From contig OZ024743.1 in NCBI GenBank assembly GCA_964016885.1, positions 333,870,001 through 333,934,000 on the forward strand: 64,000 nucleotides of DNA, read 5' to 3'. A program made the position numbers and the translations under genes. Below are positions 1 through 10,882 of the stretch, one piece after another; position 1 is the first letter of the stretch; the number at the start of each line of letters is the position of its first letter. The notes below the pieces were generated by a model. That model did no database searches. It was not told where the DNA came from and worked only from the letters and a program-made list of their open reading frames with translations. The stretch comes from Eledone cirrhosa (lineage: Eukaryota).

Positions 1-51
1 AGGATCGTCCGATTTATCTGGGTGAGAGATTTATATCAGGCTTTATTCCAC

Positions 52-186
52 GTATGTATGTATGTATGTATGTATGTATGTATGTATGTATGTATGTATG
101 TATGTATGTATGTATGTATGTATGTATGTATGTATGTATGTATGTATGTATGTATGTATGTATGTATGTATGTATGTATGTATGTA
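52..186. repeat. (TATG)n microsatellite
   Basis: Pure tetranucleotide run; further runs at 698-757 and 2679-2760. Confidence 0.98.
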
Positions 187-556
187 TCATGCTTGCCAAA
201 CATGTGGTAGAGAATGTAAATCAGCAGGAGGAGGGCTCAAACGACATGCAAAAGTACATGAACTCCAACCACAGCCGGCTATTCCCAGTGAATGTTTTGG
301 TTGCCGACTCTGTGCAAGACATTTTAGATCGTTGGCTGGGCTAAAAAGCCACATTCGATCGTAGCGCTGTTAGTTGCTATCGTGTGTGTGTATAGATATG
401 TTTATGTGTGTGCGCGTGTGTGTATATACATATGTATATGTATATTATTATTGTTGTAGTTGTCGTTAATATTATTGTTGTTATTATTATTATTATTATT
501 ATTGTTATTAATGTATATGTGTGTATGTATATATATATGTGTGTATATATGTATAT

Positions 557-588
<32 letters not shown>

Positions 589-697
589 TTCTTTTTTTTT
601 ATTTTATTTTCTTTTTTATTTATTTATTAATATATATATATATTTTTCTCCTCGTGCAATGGCCATACTCGATAACGAGGGGGCAGCCATAATCATC
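187..697 (+). mobile_element. 5'-truncated 3' end of the RTE LINE at 758-2678
   Basis: Near-identical to ~2204-2678: encodes HACQTCGRECKSAGG...CRLCARHFRSLAGL and has the same 3' UTR ending gcaatggccatactc..aacgagggggcagccat. Confidence 0.9.
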
Positions 698-757
698 ATG
701 TATGTATGTATGTATGTATGTATGTATGTATGTATGTATGTATGTATGTATGTATGT

Positions 758-2389
758 GCTGGACGCGGCACTACTGATATGATCTTCTCAGCTAGACAGC
801 TCCAGGAGAAGTGCATGGAACAAGGTTTGGATCTGTATCAGGTTTTTGTCGATCTGACAAAAGCTTTCGATACTGTTAACAGAGATGCATTATGGAAGGT
901 TCTCCAGAAACTTGGTTGCCCTGATAAGTTCCTTGCTTTAGTTAGGTCTTTCCATGACGACATGAAGGCTTGGGTTAATGTCGGAGGTAACATGTCGGAG
1001 CCTATCTCAGCAAAAAATGGAGTAAAACAGGGGGATATTCCAGCACCGACCCTGTTTGCCATATACTTTGCAATGGTTTTCTGTATTGCATTCAGGAATT
1101 GCGAGCATGGTGTTTACATCCGATATCAAACCTCAGGCAGCATATTTAACATCAGGCGCTTTGCTGCAAAGACAAAAGTATTTACATCAATCATAAGAGA
1201 CCTCTTGTATGCAGATGATTGCGATCTTGTAGCGCACACAGAGAGTGATATGCAGCACATTTTGAATGCATTTTCTGACGCTTGCACTGCCCTAGGATTG
1301 ACTGTCAGTCTCAAGAAAACCGTCGTCATGTACCAACCTACCCCTGGTAAGCAGTACAGTGAACCAAATATCTATGTGTATGGTAAACGACTTAGAGTGG
1401 TTGATCAGTTTGTCTACCTGGGAAGCACTGTCAATCGATACAGCAACCTTGACAGTGAAATCTCACTTAGGATTAGGAAAGCAAGTGATGCTTTCGGAAA
1501 GCTAGAAAGGCGACTCTGGGGTCGGCGAGTCATATGCAGGAGGACAAAGGTAAAGGTGTACAAGGCATGTGTGCTCTCTTGTCTTCTTTATGCCTGCGAG
1601 ACCTGGGTCACATATCGACACCACCTTAAGCAATTGGAGCGTTTCCATCAGATGTGTCTCAGACAGATCCATGGCGTTCACTGGAGGGACCATATCAGTG
1701 ATGTCAAGATTTTTGAAAGCTGTATGTGTGACAGTATAGAAGCTCTTGTGCTTAAGCAACGACTCCGTTGGAGTGATCACCTTGCCAGGATGAAGGATTC
1801 TAGAATACCAAAACAACTCTTTAATGGAGAGTTGGTTAAAGGAAAACGACCTCCACATAAACCAAAAAAGAGGTATAAGGATTTCTTGAAAGCCCCTTTG
1901 AAAGACGCTAACACCTCTGCTGATACATGGGAAAATATTGCTGCTGATCGTAATAAATGGAGAAAGACTGTATATGAGGGAAAAGTTGCCTTTGAGGCAT
2001 CTCGAATCGCATACGAGAAAGTAAAGCGGGATGTGAGGAAGGGCATTGCTGTTGCACTTCCAGACGGCGGGGGTCCTCCTATGGTGCTGACATGCAGCGT
2101 ATGTGCGAGACTCTGCCTAAGCAAAGCTGGACTCGAAAGTCATCTTCGCAGTCATAAAGTAAGACCAGTGGTTGACCACCAGGCTGCTGTTGGAGATGCT
2201 ACTCATCATGCCTGCCAAACATGTGGTAGAGAATGTAAATCAGCAGGAGGGCTCAAGCGACATGCAAAAGTACATGAACTCCAACCACAGCCGACTATTC
2301 CCAGTGAATGTTTTGGTTGCCGACTCTGTGCAAGACATTTTAGATCATTGGCTGGGCTACAAATCCACATTCGATCGCAGCGCTGTTAG
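758..2389 (+). CDS. RTE reverse transcriptase, C-terminal part, with three C2H2-type zinc fingers
   Basis: Within ORF 521..2389; real coding begins at AGRGTTDMIFSARQLQEKC, the upstream part is translated microsatellite. Confidence 0.85.
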   Translation, partial: AGRGTTDMIFSARQLQEKCMEQGLDLYQVFVDLTKAFDTVNRDALWKVLQKLGCPDKFLALVRSFHDDMKAWVNVGGNMSEPISAKNGVKQGDIPAPTLFAIYFAMVFCIAFRNCEHGVYIRYQTSGSIFNIRRFAAKTKVFTSIIRDLLYADDCDLVAHTESDMQHILNAFSDACTALGLTVSLKKTVVMYQPTPGKQYSEPNIYVYGKRLRVVDQFVYLGSTVNRYSNLDSEISLRIRKASDAFGKLERRLWGRRVICRRTKVKVYKACVLSCLLYACETWVTYRHHLKQLERFHQMCLRQIHGVHWRDHISDVKIFESCMCDSIEALVLKQRLRWSDHLARMKDSRIPKQLFNGELVKGKRPPHKPKKRYKDFLKAPLKDANTSADTWENIAADRNKWRKTVYEGKVAFEASRIAYEKVKRDVRKGIAVALPDGGGPPMVLTCSVCARLCLSKAGLESHLRSHKVRPVVDHQAAVGDATHHACQTCGRECKSAGGLKRHAKVHELQPQPTIPSECFGCRLCARHFRSLAGLQIHIRSQRC

Positions 2390-2546
2390 TTGCTATCGTG
2401 TGTGTGTATAGATATGTTTATGTGTGCGCGCGTGTGTGTATATATATATGTATATGTATATTATTATTGTTGTTATTATTATTATTATTATTGTTATTAA
2501 TGTATGTGTGTGTATGTATATATATATGTGTGTATATATGTATATG

Positions 2547-2585
<39 letters not shown>

Positions 2586-2678
2586 CTTTTTTTTAATTTT
2601 ATTTTATTTTTTATTTATCTATTAATATTTTTTTCTCCTTGTGCAATGGCCATACTCAATAACGAGGGGGCAGCCATC
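758..2678 (+). mobile_element. 5'-truncated RTE/BovB-like LINE
   Basis: RT motifs (FVDLTKAFDTV, GVKQG, LLYADD, FVYLGS, LLYACETW); microsatellite-rich 3' UTR; flanked by (TATG)n. Confidence 0.92.
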
Positions 2679-2760
2679 ATGTATGTATGTATGTATGTAT
2701 GTATGTATGTATGTATGTATGTATGTATGCATGTATGTATGTATATATGTATGTATGTAT

Positions 2761-3212
2761 GTTCTGGTTTTATAATGTCACACATTTTTACCAATAGAGA
2801 GAGAGTCGGTTTCTAACATAGATACAAGACTCATTGGAATTTACACAACATCAACTAGGTAGATATGTATGTATGTCTGCATGCATGCATGCATGTGTGT
2901 GCAGGTATGGATGTTATTGTATGTGTGGATGTGTATGTTTTGAGTTATATGTGTGCATGTGCATACGCTTTGTATCTGTACAAGTGTATATACAGTTATT
3001 AAATGGAGAATATTTAGAATGATTTACATATTTTTACTGTTCCATTAATGGATTGTACTTGTAATTTCCTAACTAGTTATGTTCTTTCTGTTTCTGTGAA
3101 GCCCAGCTTCTCAAGATTTGTACTGAGGCAGTTACTAACATACCCCAGTGCCCCAGTAATCACAGGTATAAATCTGAAGGTATAGTCAGGGTGGAGTAGC
3201 TGCAGATGAGTA
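2761..3212 (-). mobile_element. 3' end of R4/Dong-like RLE non-LTR retrotransposon
   Basis: Minus-strand hand translation LQLLHPDYTFRFIPVITGALGYVSNCLSTNLEKLG...LVRKLQVQSINGTVKICKSF resembles the RLE C-terminus (IPxxxGALG); 3' end runs into (CATA)n. Confidence 0.65.
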
Positions 3213-4307
3213 ATGTAATATATATGTGCTCGTGTAAAATCGTGGAGTCAGTATAAAAGAAAGAAATTGGAATAGACACACGCCTAGATATACAGATAAA
3301 TATTCACATAACTCTCAGGAAGATTTAGCTTAATCAGTGCATCTGGTATGTTGATAACTAAAAATAGCAGACCTAAATATTATTTTAGTAGAGCCTTATA
3401 CTGTTGAAAGGTTTTGGCTGCTATTTCTAGCTATCAACATATCTATTCACGTCCCACAATGCTAAGCCGCTGTGGTTTTTTCCTAACTCGATGTGCGCTT
3501 TCGACAGTCCCTGATATGTATTGGAGGTGTAAGTTCACATAGTTCGATTTTCTCTTTCACTGATGATCCAACAATGACTATTGAACTTCACCATTTAATG
3601 GTGAAACATATTTCTGAAGCAATAATGGAATATGTATGAGAGAGTATAAAGAATTATTGAATGTCAGGTATTTATATTTAACATTTTTGTTATATTTAAA
3701 TATACCACCTTTTGTAATTATATGTTCTTAAATTCTTTGCAAATTATCTCCTGTTTATTTTTGATATGTTTATGTATATGTGTCATTCATTTTTGAATTT
3801 TATAATAAGAGCTCGGATTTATTCCTTAGAATCTTTCTTGGCGCTTCCCATACAGGTAATATGGCGTATGTCTGACATTTTCTTAGGCATGACATTTTTA
3901 TTCTTGTTAGTAATATATATATATATATATATATATATATTACTATATTCGAAACAACAAACAGCGGAGGACGCGTTTCGCACCTTTCCGACAGACAACC
4001 TTTCCCCACCCCGGAAAAAAACCCCAGTTGATGGATGAGAATCCGAAATATATAGGGACAATTAAATCTCTCCCAAGGTAACTCTCTCTCGTGTTGTTAT
4101 TTTAATTTTATCCTTTATACTCTTTCCTTCATTCCTCTACACGTCTTATACACGCCACGCATCTCAACGTACACTCACTTACATCTCTCTCTCCGCCACC
4201 GGATCTTGTTACCCGGAGATTAACCCATTTGCATTGTCGAGGCTTCCAAACGACTTAAAGATATTTACCTATTATTCCACAATGCTTCATGCAAACTTCA
4301 ATACTCT

Positions 4308-4345
<38 letters not shown>

Positions 4346-4349
<4 letters not shown>

Positions 4350-4478
4350 AACAAGTATGACCCCGACGGCAGAGCTCAAGGGGTCATACTTGTTCCTATT
4401 ACCCACTCTACTACCCTAAGTATTGAGTACTTTGGTGCGTTATGGTCCATCTGGTTCCTTACCACTATTCATTCGTTA
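4346..4478. repeat. Short PLE pLTR-like repeat with inversion; family also at 44920-45118 and 63020-63160
   Basis: Shared sequence acccactctactaccctaagtattgagtac..ggtccatctggttccttaccac; between (TA)n. Confidence 0.6.
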
Positions 4479-4559
4479 TATATATATATATAAGTTATTC
4501 CGGGTTGAATCGGAGGTAACCACAGTAAGTAAGGTACTCAATACATAGCAGAGTATAAA

Positions 4560-4677
4560 AGTTTTAATATAGAAGAGCTTCTACAGGACCAGAACTGTTT
4601 CACTCGTGAGAAATCATCGATGATTTCTCACTAGTGAAACAGTTCTGGTCCTGTAGAAGCTCTTCTATATTAAAACT
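4560..4677. repeat. Near-perfect palindrome (~59-bp arms) containing the 3' part of an HHR-like motif
   Basis: Arms centred on atcatcgatgat; right arm reads GATGA tttctcactagt GAAA cagttctgg TC. Confidence 0.8.
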
Positions 4678-4707
4678 AATATATATATATATACAAATTA
4701 ATATAAA

Positions 4708-4813
4708 TTAATTGTTTCTACTTTAGGCACAAGGCCAGAAATTATCAGTGCATTACTGGTACTTTATTTTATCGACCCCGTAAGGATGAAAGGCAAAGTC
4801 AACCTCGGCGGGA
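4708..4813 (-). mobile_element. tRNA-derived SINE, partial
   Basis: Reverse complement of the SINE core gcctttcatccttacggggtcgataaaataaagtaccag. Confidence 0.85.
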
Positions 4814-5693
4814 TGATAAACACTAATACAAGTATATAAGTGTTTGTATTGCAAATGACCAAGTTAGCTAGATTGAAAAATACTAATTAAATTAATACAG
4901 TTGCGAAACAGATTTGAGTTTTGAAATTTAAATTTGTCCAGGTATCACGGCTATTGCCAATATGGGTTTGTTTTTATTGATTTATTATTTTAAATTGAGA
5001 CAGGCAAACTGTATTAATTTAATTAGTATTTTTCAATCTAGCTAACTTAGTCATTTGCAATACAAACACTTATATACTTGTATTAGTGTTTATCATATAT
5101 TAATTTATATTTCACGGCTCAGAAATCTCTTTCTTTGAGCTATTTAATTGTAAAAGACTGTTTGAGTTTATAACTCTATATATAGTATTATCGGCTCTAT
5201 TTGTTGAGCTAATTTTTTTAGTCCCATAAAAACAGCTGTTATTTCTAGCCGCACGAGTATAGGAATGGCTAGACGCTGGGACACCATGTGCGTTCAGCAA
5301 CACATTTTTCTCTCAGTCTTCCTAAGTATTTTGAAGTGAAGCATACCAATTTCTGGATACCTGCAGCTGAGCACAGAAATGTAATTTTCACTTATTGTTG
5401 CGAAACAGATTTGAGTTTTGAAATTTAAATTTGTCCAGGTATCACGGCTATTGCCAATATGGGTTTGTTTTTATTGATTTATTATTTTAAATCGAGACAG
5501 GCAAACTGTATTAATTTAATTAGTATTTTTCAATCTAGCTAACTTGGTCATTTGCAATGCAAACACTTATATACTTGTATTAGTGTTTATCATATATTAA
5601 TTTATATTAATTTGTATTTCACGGCTCAGAAATATCTCTTTCTTTGAGCTATTTAATTGTAAAAGACTGTTTGAGTTTATAACTCTATATATA

Positions 5694-5695
<2 letters not shown>
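4813..5695. repeat. ~497-bp partial tandem repeat with 5' inverted segment (PLE pLTR-like)
   Basis: gttgcgaaacagatttgag at 4900 and 5397; 4813-4902 is inverted relative to ~5007-5097; diverged relative at 44104-44650. Confidence 0.75.
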
Positions 5696-5774
<79 letters not shown>

Positions 5775-5953
5775 GAAATACGTTCCTTCACGCACAAGGC
5801 GCCAAGGTACGCATGTATTGTCCAACCAAATGCCAATGTGGTTCAATGGCGGGTTAATAAATTAACGAGCCAGAACAAATATAAACAAGGTTTAGTAAAT
5901 AATGAAAAAGTTTCAAAATAAATTTTAAAAAATTGACTTTACCTACTATAGTT

Positions 5954-6037
5954 ACCTTTACCGATCGGTTTCGAATCCCAAAAATAAAACGGAGACCATA
6001 CGGCCTTCGTTGCAAAGAGAGATTCTCGTCAGAAGGT
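5954..6037 (-). ncRNA. Type I hammerhead ribozyme
   Basis: acctt CTGACGA gaatctc...gggattc GAAA ccgatcgg TA aaggt; stems I, II and III all pair. Confidence 0.8.
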
Positions 6038-6436
6038 TCTTTTCATTCAAAGAATATAAAATTCCTGAATTTAAATCACAAACTAGCGCTATCAAAAACT
6101 GTTCCTGGGATGAGAGTGGATGATGTAGAACAGGTTTATCAAGGGCCGTAGCAAAGATAGAGGCAAAAGGAGGTAGGTCAAACTAGCCACTGCTATTGCT
6201 AGCAGCAGTCGGAATGACCCGGTTTGTTCTCAACGTTAGTGGAGGTAGTAGTAATATGAAATACGTTCCTTCACGCACAAGGCGCCAAGGTACGCATGTA
6301 TTGTCCAACCAAATGCCAATGTGGTTCAATGGCGGGTTAATAAAGTAACGAGCCAGAACAAATATAAACAAGGTTTAGTAAATAATGAAAAAGTTTCAAA
6401 ATAAATTTTAAAAAATTGACTTTACCTACTATAGTT

Positions 6437-6520
6437 ACCTTTACCGATCGGTTTCGAATCCCAAAAATAAAACGGAGACCATACGGCCTTCGTTGCAAAG
6501 AGAGATTCTCGTCAGAAGGT
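6437..6520 (-). ncRNA. Type I hammerhead ribozyme, second tandem copy
   Basis: Same sequence as 5954-6037. Confidence 0.8.
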
Positions 6521-7312
6521 TCTTTTCATTCAAAGAATATAAAATTCCTGAATTTAAATCACAAACTAGCGCTATCAAAAACTGTTCCTGGGATGAGAGT
6601 GGATGATGTAGAACAGGTTTATCAAGGGCCGTAGCAAAGATAGAGGCAAAAGGAGGTAGGTCAAACTAGCCACTGCTATTGCTAGCAGCAGTCGGAATGA
6701 CCCGGTTTGTTCTCAACGTTAGTGGAGGTAGTAGTAATATGAAATACGTTCCTTCACGCACAAGGCGCCAAGGTACGCATGTATTGTCCAACCAAATGCC
6801 AATGTGGTTAAATGGCGGGTTAATAAATTAACGAGCCAGAACAAATATAAACAAGGTTTAGTAAATAATGAAAAAGTTTCAAAATAAATTTTAAAAAATT
6901 GACTTTACCTACTATAGTTACCTTTACCGATCGGTTTCGAATAATTTATTTTGAAACTTTTTCATTATTTACTAAACCTTGTTTATATTTGTTCTGGCTC
7001 GTTAATTTATTAACCCGCCATTGAATCACATTGGCATTTGGTTGGACAATACATGCGTACCTTGGCGCCTTGTGCGTGAAGGAACGTATTTCATATTACT
7101 ACTACCTCCACTAACGTTGAGAACAAACCGGGTCATTCCGACTGCTGCTAGCAATAGCAGTGGCTAGTTTGACCTACCTCCTTTTGCCTCTATCTTTGCT
7201 ACGGCCCTTGATAAACCTGTTCTACATCATCCACTCTCATCCCAGGAACAGTTTTTGATAGCGCTAGTTTGTGATTTAAATTCAGGAATTTTATATTCTT
7301 TGAATGAAAAGA

Positions 7313-7396
7313 ACCTTCTGACGAGAATCTCTCTTTGCAACGAAGGCCGTATGGTCTCCGTTTTATTTTTGGGATTCGAAACCGATCGGTGAAGGT
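7313..7396 (+). ncRNA. Hammerhead ribozyme copy with a non-cleavable GUG triplet
   Basis: GAAA ccgatcgg TG aaggt; G at the H17 position. Confidence 0.7.
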
Positions 7397-7463
7397 AACT
7401 ATAGTAGGTAAAGTCAATTTTTTTAAATTTATTTTGAAACTTTTTCATTATTTACTAAACCTT

Positions 7464-7505
<42 letters not shown>

Positions 7506-7509
<4 letters not shown>

Positions 7510-8947
7510 CCCACCCCCACTCTCAAGCGGGAACCTAATACCAACACTGAGAGTGAGGGTGGGGGACGACGTTTCGCGTATAAGCCTTTCATCAGGAGAA
7601 AGGTGGGAAGGAAAAGAATTCCGAGAGGGTGTGAGGGGGGGGGAGTGGTGGAAAGACATTCAAATAAAAGGAAAAACGTGTGAGAGTTTGGGGGAGAACG
7701 AGGTTCCATGCTCGGGTATTAGGAAAACTAGAGTGTACATGGGGTGTAAGTCTCTGTGTGTGTGTGTGTGGGTGTGGATAGAGAGGGGTCGGAAGGGGGG
7801 GGGGGTGGAGAGGGAGCGTGCGGAGTCCGGAGGTAGAGTGGGTGTATGTGAGGATACGCACGTGTGTGTGTGTGTGTATTTTGTGAGTCTGTAGGGTGAA
7901 GATGGTGTGTTGTTCGGCCCTAAGTCAGGTTTCGGGGTCCCATGGCATTCAATCAGGCCACAGACGGTGAGGTTGCTGGCGGAGTGTCCAGCGGAACCAA
8001 AATGGCGGGCGATGGGGTATCTCCCGCCGAGACGAATGCCTCGGAGGTGCTCCGTGAACCGATCCGCCAGGCAACGTCCAGTCTGTCCGATGTAGGTTAC
8101 GTAGGTTACGTCCAGTCTGTCCGACGTAGGTTACGCTGCACTCCGTGTAGCGAATTCCATAGACGAGGTTGGAGGAGGTGCAGCGGAAGACATGCCGTAA
8201 ACAGAGAGAGAGAGAGAAGCCGTTGGGACCCTGGAAGGTGGTGGTGTTGGTAATGTGGGGGAAGGTGTGACAGCGGGGTCTGGAGCAAGGAAGGGAACCT
8301 GGGATGACGGGGGTTGGGGATAGGGAGCTGCGGACGAGGAGGTTGCGGAGGTTGCGCGAACGTTTGAAGAAGGAGAGGGGTGGGGGTGGGAAGATGGGGG
8401 ATGGAGGGGTCGGACTGGAGGCGTCGGAAGAGGCGGAGAATGGTTCGGTGGAGGTGTAGGGTGGTGGGGTGGTAGGTGAGGGTGGTGGGGTGGTAGGTAA
8501 GGGGGAAGGGGAGACATTGGGTGGGAGCGCGGGGCGTGGGTTGAGGTCGGTGGAGCGGCGGACTGCACATGCGCGGGTGAGGGCAGCGTGGACGAGGGAG
8601 GAGAGTAACCTCTCCCAGAGAAAGAGCCTGGGTCGCTAAGTCAGCATCTCGGCTGCAGAGGCAGCGGTTCCAGAGGAGTTGGGAGTAGGGAATGGAGTGT
8701 TTGGTGTGAGTAGGGTGAGAGAAGGTGAAGTCGAGGTAGGGGTGGAAGTCGGTGGGTCTGAAGAAAGCGGAGGTGATGAGGGAGCAGTGGGAGGGGGTCG
8801 CTGGCGACGGAGATGTCCAAGAAGTGGACGTGGGTGGTGGAGATAGAGGTGGTGAAGTGGAGAGAGGGGTGGAAGGAACAGAAGAAGGAGAGAAAGAAGT
8901 CGAGTTGTTCTCGGGTGAGGGTCGTGGCCCGATGCAGTCGTCAATAT
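7506..8947 (-). mobile_element. 5'-truncated, frameshifted Neptune-type Penelope-like element (RT C-half, thumb, Cys linker, GIY-YIG, 3' pLTR)
   Basis: Hand translation across frames: YIDDCIG, VHFLDISV...RPTDFHPYLDF..SHP, HSIPYSQL, LTYHP, FKRSRNLRNLLVRS, PCSRPRC, FRCTSSNLVYGI..YIGQTGRCLADRFTEHLRGI...PIARHF; degenerate HHR core at ~7563-7600. Confidence 0.85.
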
Positions 8948-9016
8948 ATATATATATATATATGTATATAATTATAATTATAATAGAATTATATAGCTGT
9001 ATACAAATATGTATGC

Positions 9017-9164
9017 GAATTTCGTATATCTAAAGATATACGGTATGTTTATAAATAAACATTCTGAAAACCACAGCTATGATAGAACACCAGTCTTCTA
9101 TCATAGCTGTGGCTTTCAGAATGTTTATTTATAAACATACCGTATATCTTTAGATATACGAAAT

Positions 9165-9166
<2 letters not shown>
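9017..9166. repeat. Palindrome (~70-bp arms) related to the 310-bp array monomer
   Basis: Arms around loop caccagtc; shares tatgtttata(a)ataaacatt.tgaa.acc...gctat with the 49556 unit. Confidence 0.75.
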
Positions 9167-9195
<29 letters not shown>

Positions 9196-10691
9196 TATAT
9201 ATGACAGTTGTCCAAGAGGGTCGAACCCTGGACTTAATGATTGCGAAGCGGACCCATTAACCACAGGGCATTGTACGTCCACTGGTATTTAAATAAATTA
9301 AAACAAAAAGGCGTTTGAAATTATGACAGATTCAAGAAAGGGTTGCCAACATAAAATCACAGTTTTATGCTAATTTTCAGAAAAAAAAAAATACCAAGAA
9401 ATGCCCCCCAAATGTTAGCTAAGATAAGTAAAAGCTAATGTCCAATTATATTTAAAAAAATAATTTTTATTTACATTCTTTAATTACATTCAGCATTGAT
9501 TTCTTGAATTTCACTGATTTGTTCATTTTTAGCTGCAATCTCTGGCTTTTGATTTTTGTATGCACCTTAGGACCCAATTTTGTTAAATATAGGTTTTGGA
9601 ATGTCAAAATTTTTCCAGCATTTGCCATATCGTTTTGCCATGTTTTATAGAAAGTATCAAGCCAAGAATCGGAAGCTGCATTTTGTTTTACAGTTTTGAT
9701 TTGATTCTACTCATAATACCGAACAACCATTCAACTTTTGCATTTGCGTCTGGCAATATTAAAAGGTTAATGAAAAATTCTTCAGCATCTTAAAAAATAT
9801 TTCCTCCAGCCACGTCTTTATAATTCCAAATTCTAACCAGTATGCCTCAGTGTTAAATGTATTTAACTACATTGGAACAATTTTTTCTTCATTTAAATTC
9901 ATTGATTCTAAGACAGGAAAAATTGCCTCTTTCAAATATTTTAAAGTATTCTCTACTGCAAGACACTTGATATTCCTCGGTACATTAAAACTTTTGGCAA
10001 ATGTTGTTTGAATTCTTTAGAAAGGCAGAATAAAAAATGTGCTATTTTACGAATATTATTTTCTTAAGTAACTGTTATAGTCTTCTTGAGTTTCATTTCT
10101 GCTATCTCTCTCTTGAACTTGTAGCTTAAATTTGGTTTAAGATTAAGATATCCTTCAATATAAGAGGAGCAATTCTACATGTTGACAATAAATCTGTTTA
10201 AATTTGAAAAATCTCCAAGTAATTTTATTTTCTGAACAGTGTTTGATTCAAACAATTTATTCCTTTCCTGAACATCTTTTAGAATTGGATGCAAAAAGAA
10301 AAGGAAAAGTTTATTTCATGTAGCGTTTGAACTGTAAAGCCCTTTTCTTTTGTACTTGTAGTTTAGAAGTGAATTCCTAATTCAAACTATTGGCTTAAAA
10401 TTCTACTTAAAGCTACTTCTATTGACAGCCATCTAGTTGCACAACAATTCACAATAATCAAGGACTCCTTATTGATAGCAAGATAAAGCTGTTTGTAGTC
10501 TCTTTGTATAGTTGAAGAGGGAGAGAACCATTTATAGCTTTTGGATACTAAACATTTTAAGTTTCTGGACTGGCATTTAGCACAGGTATGGGATACTGCC
10601 AACTGTAAAGAATGACATCTAAATAAAAGTAATGATGGAACTTCTCTTTTAATTTCTGGGAAACACCATTGTTAATTCATGTCATTATACT

Positions 10692-10882
10692 GGGCGGTGG
10701 ATTGGCAGTATCGGTAGAGGGTCGGACGCCATGCTTTGCAGCAAAGAGTTACGGCCCTTTATGGTCTGAGTTCAAATCCCGCCGAGGTTAACTTTGCCTT
10801 TCATCCTTACGGGGTCGATAAAATAAAGTACCAGTAATACACTGGGATAATTGCTGGCCTTGTGCCAAAAGTAGAAACAATT
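10692..10882 (+). mobile_element. Full-length tRNA-derived SINE with Meta/MESC-like core
   Basis: B-box-like gagttcaaatccc; core cctttcatccttacggggtcgataaaataaagtaccag; TSD attatactgg. Confidence 0.9.

Larger units (their letters stand above)
5770..7467. repeat. 483-bp tandem array (~2.4 units) plus inverted ~525-bp arm, between (TA)n tracts
   Basis: Identical short ORFs at 5933 and 6416 (period 483) and inverted at 7199..7417. Confidence 0.95.

Noticed and set aside
3966-4060. HHR-like GAAAcgcgTC on the minus strand and GAAA motif on the plus strand
   Set aside because: CUGANGA absent or heavily altered; stems do not close
5933-6151. Repeated 72-aa ORF in the 483-bp unit
   Set aside because: Non-ATG start, no recognisable domain, antisense to the ribozyme; identity only reflects the repeat
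8106-8944. Extensin/mucin-like proline-rich gene
   Set aside because: Off-frame translation of the C-rich Neptune-type PLE
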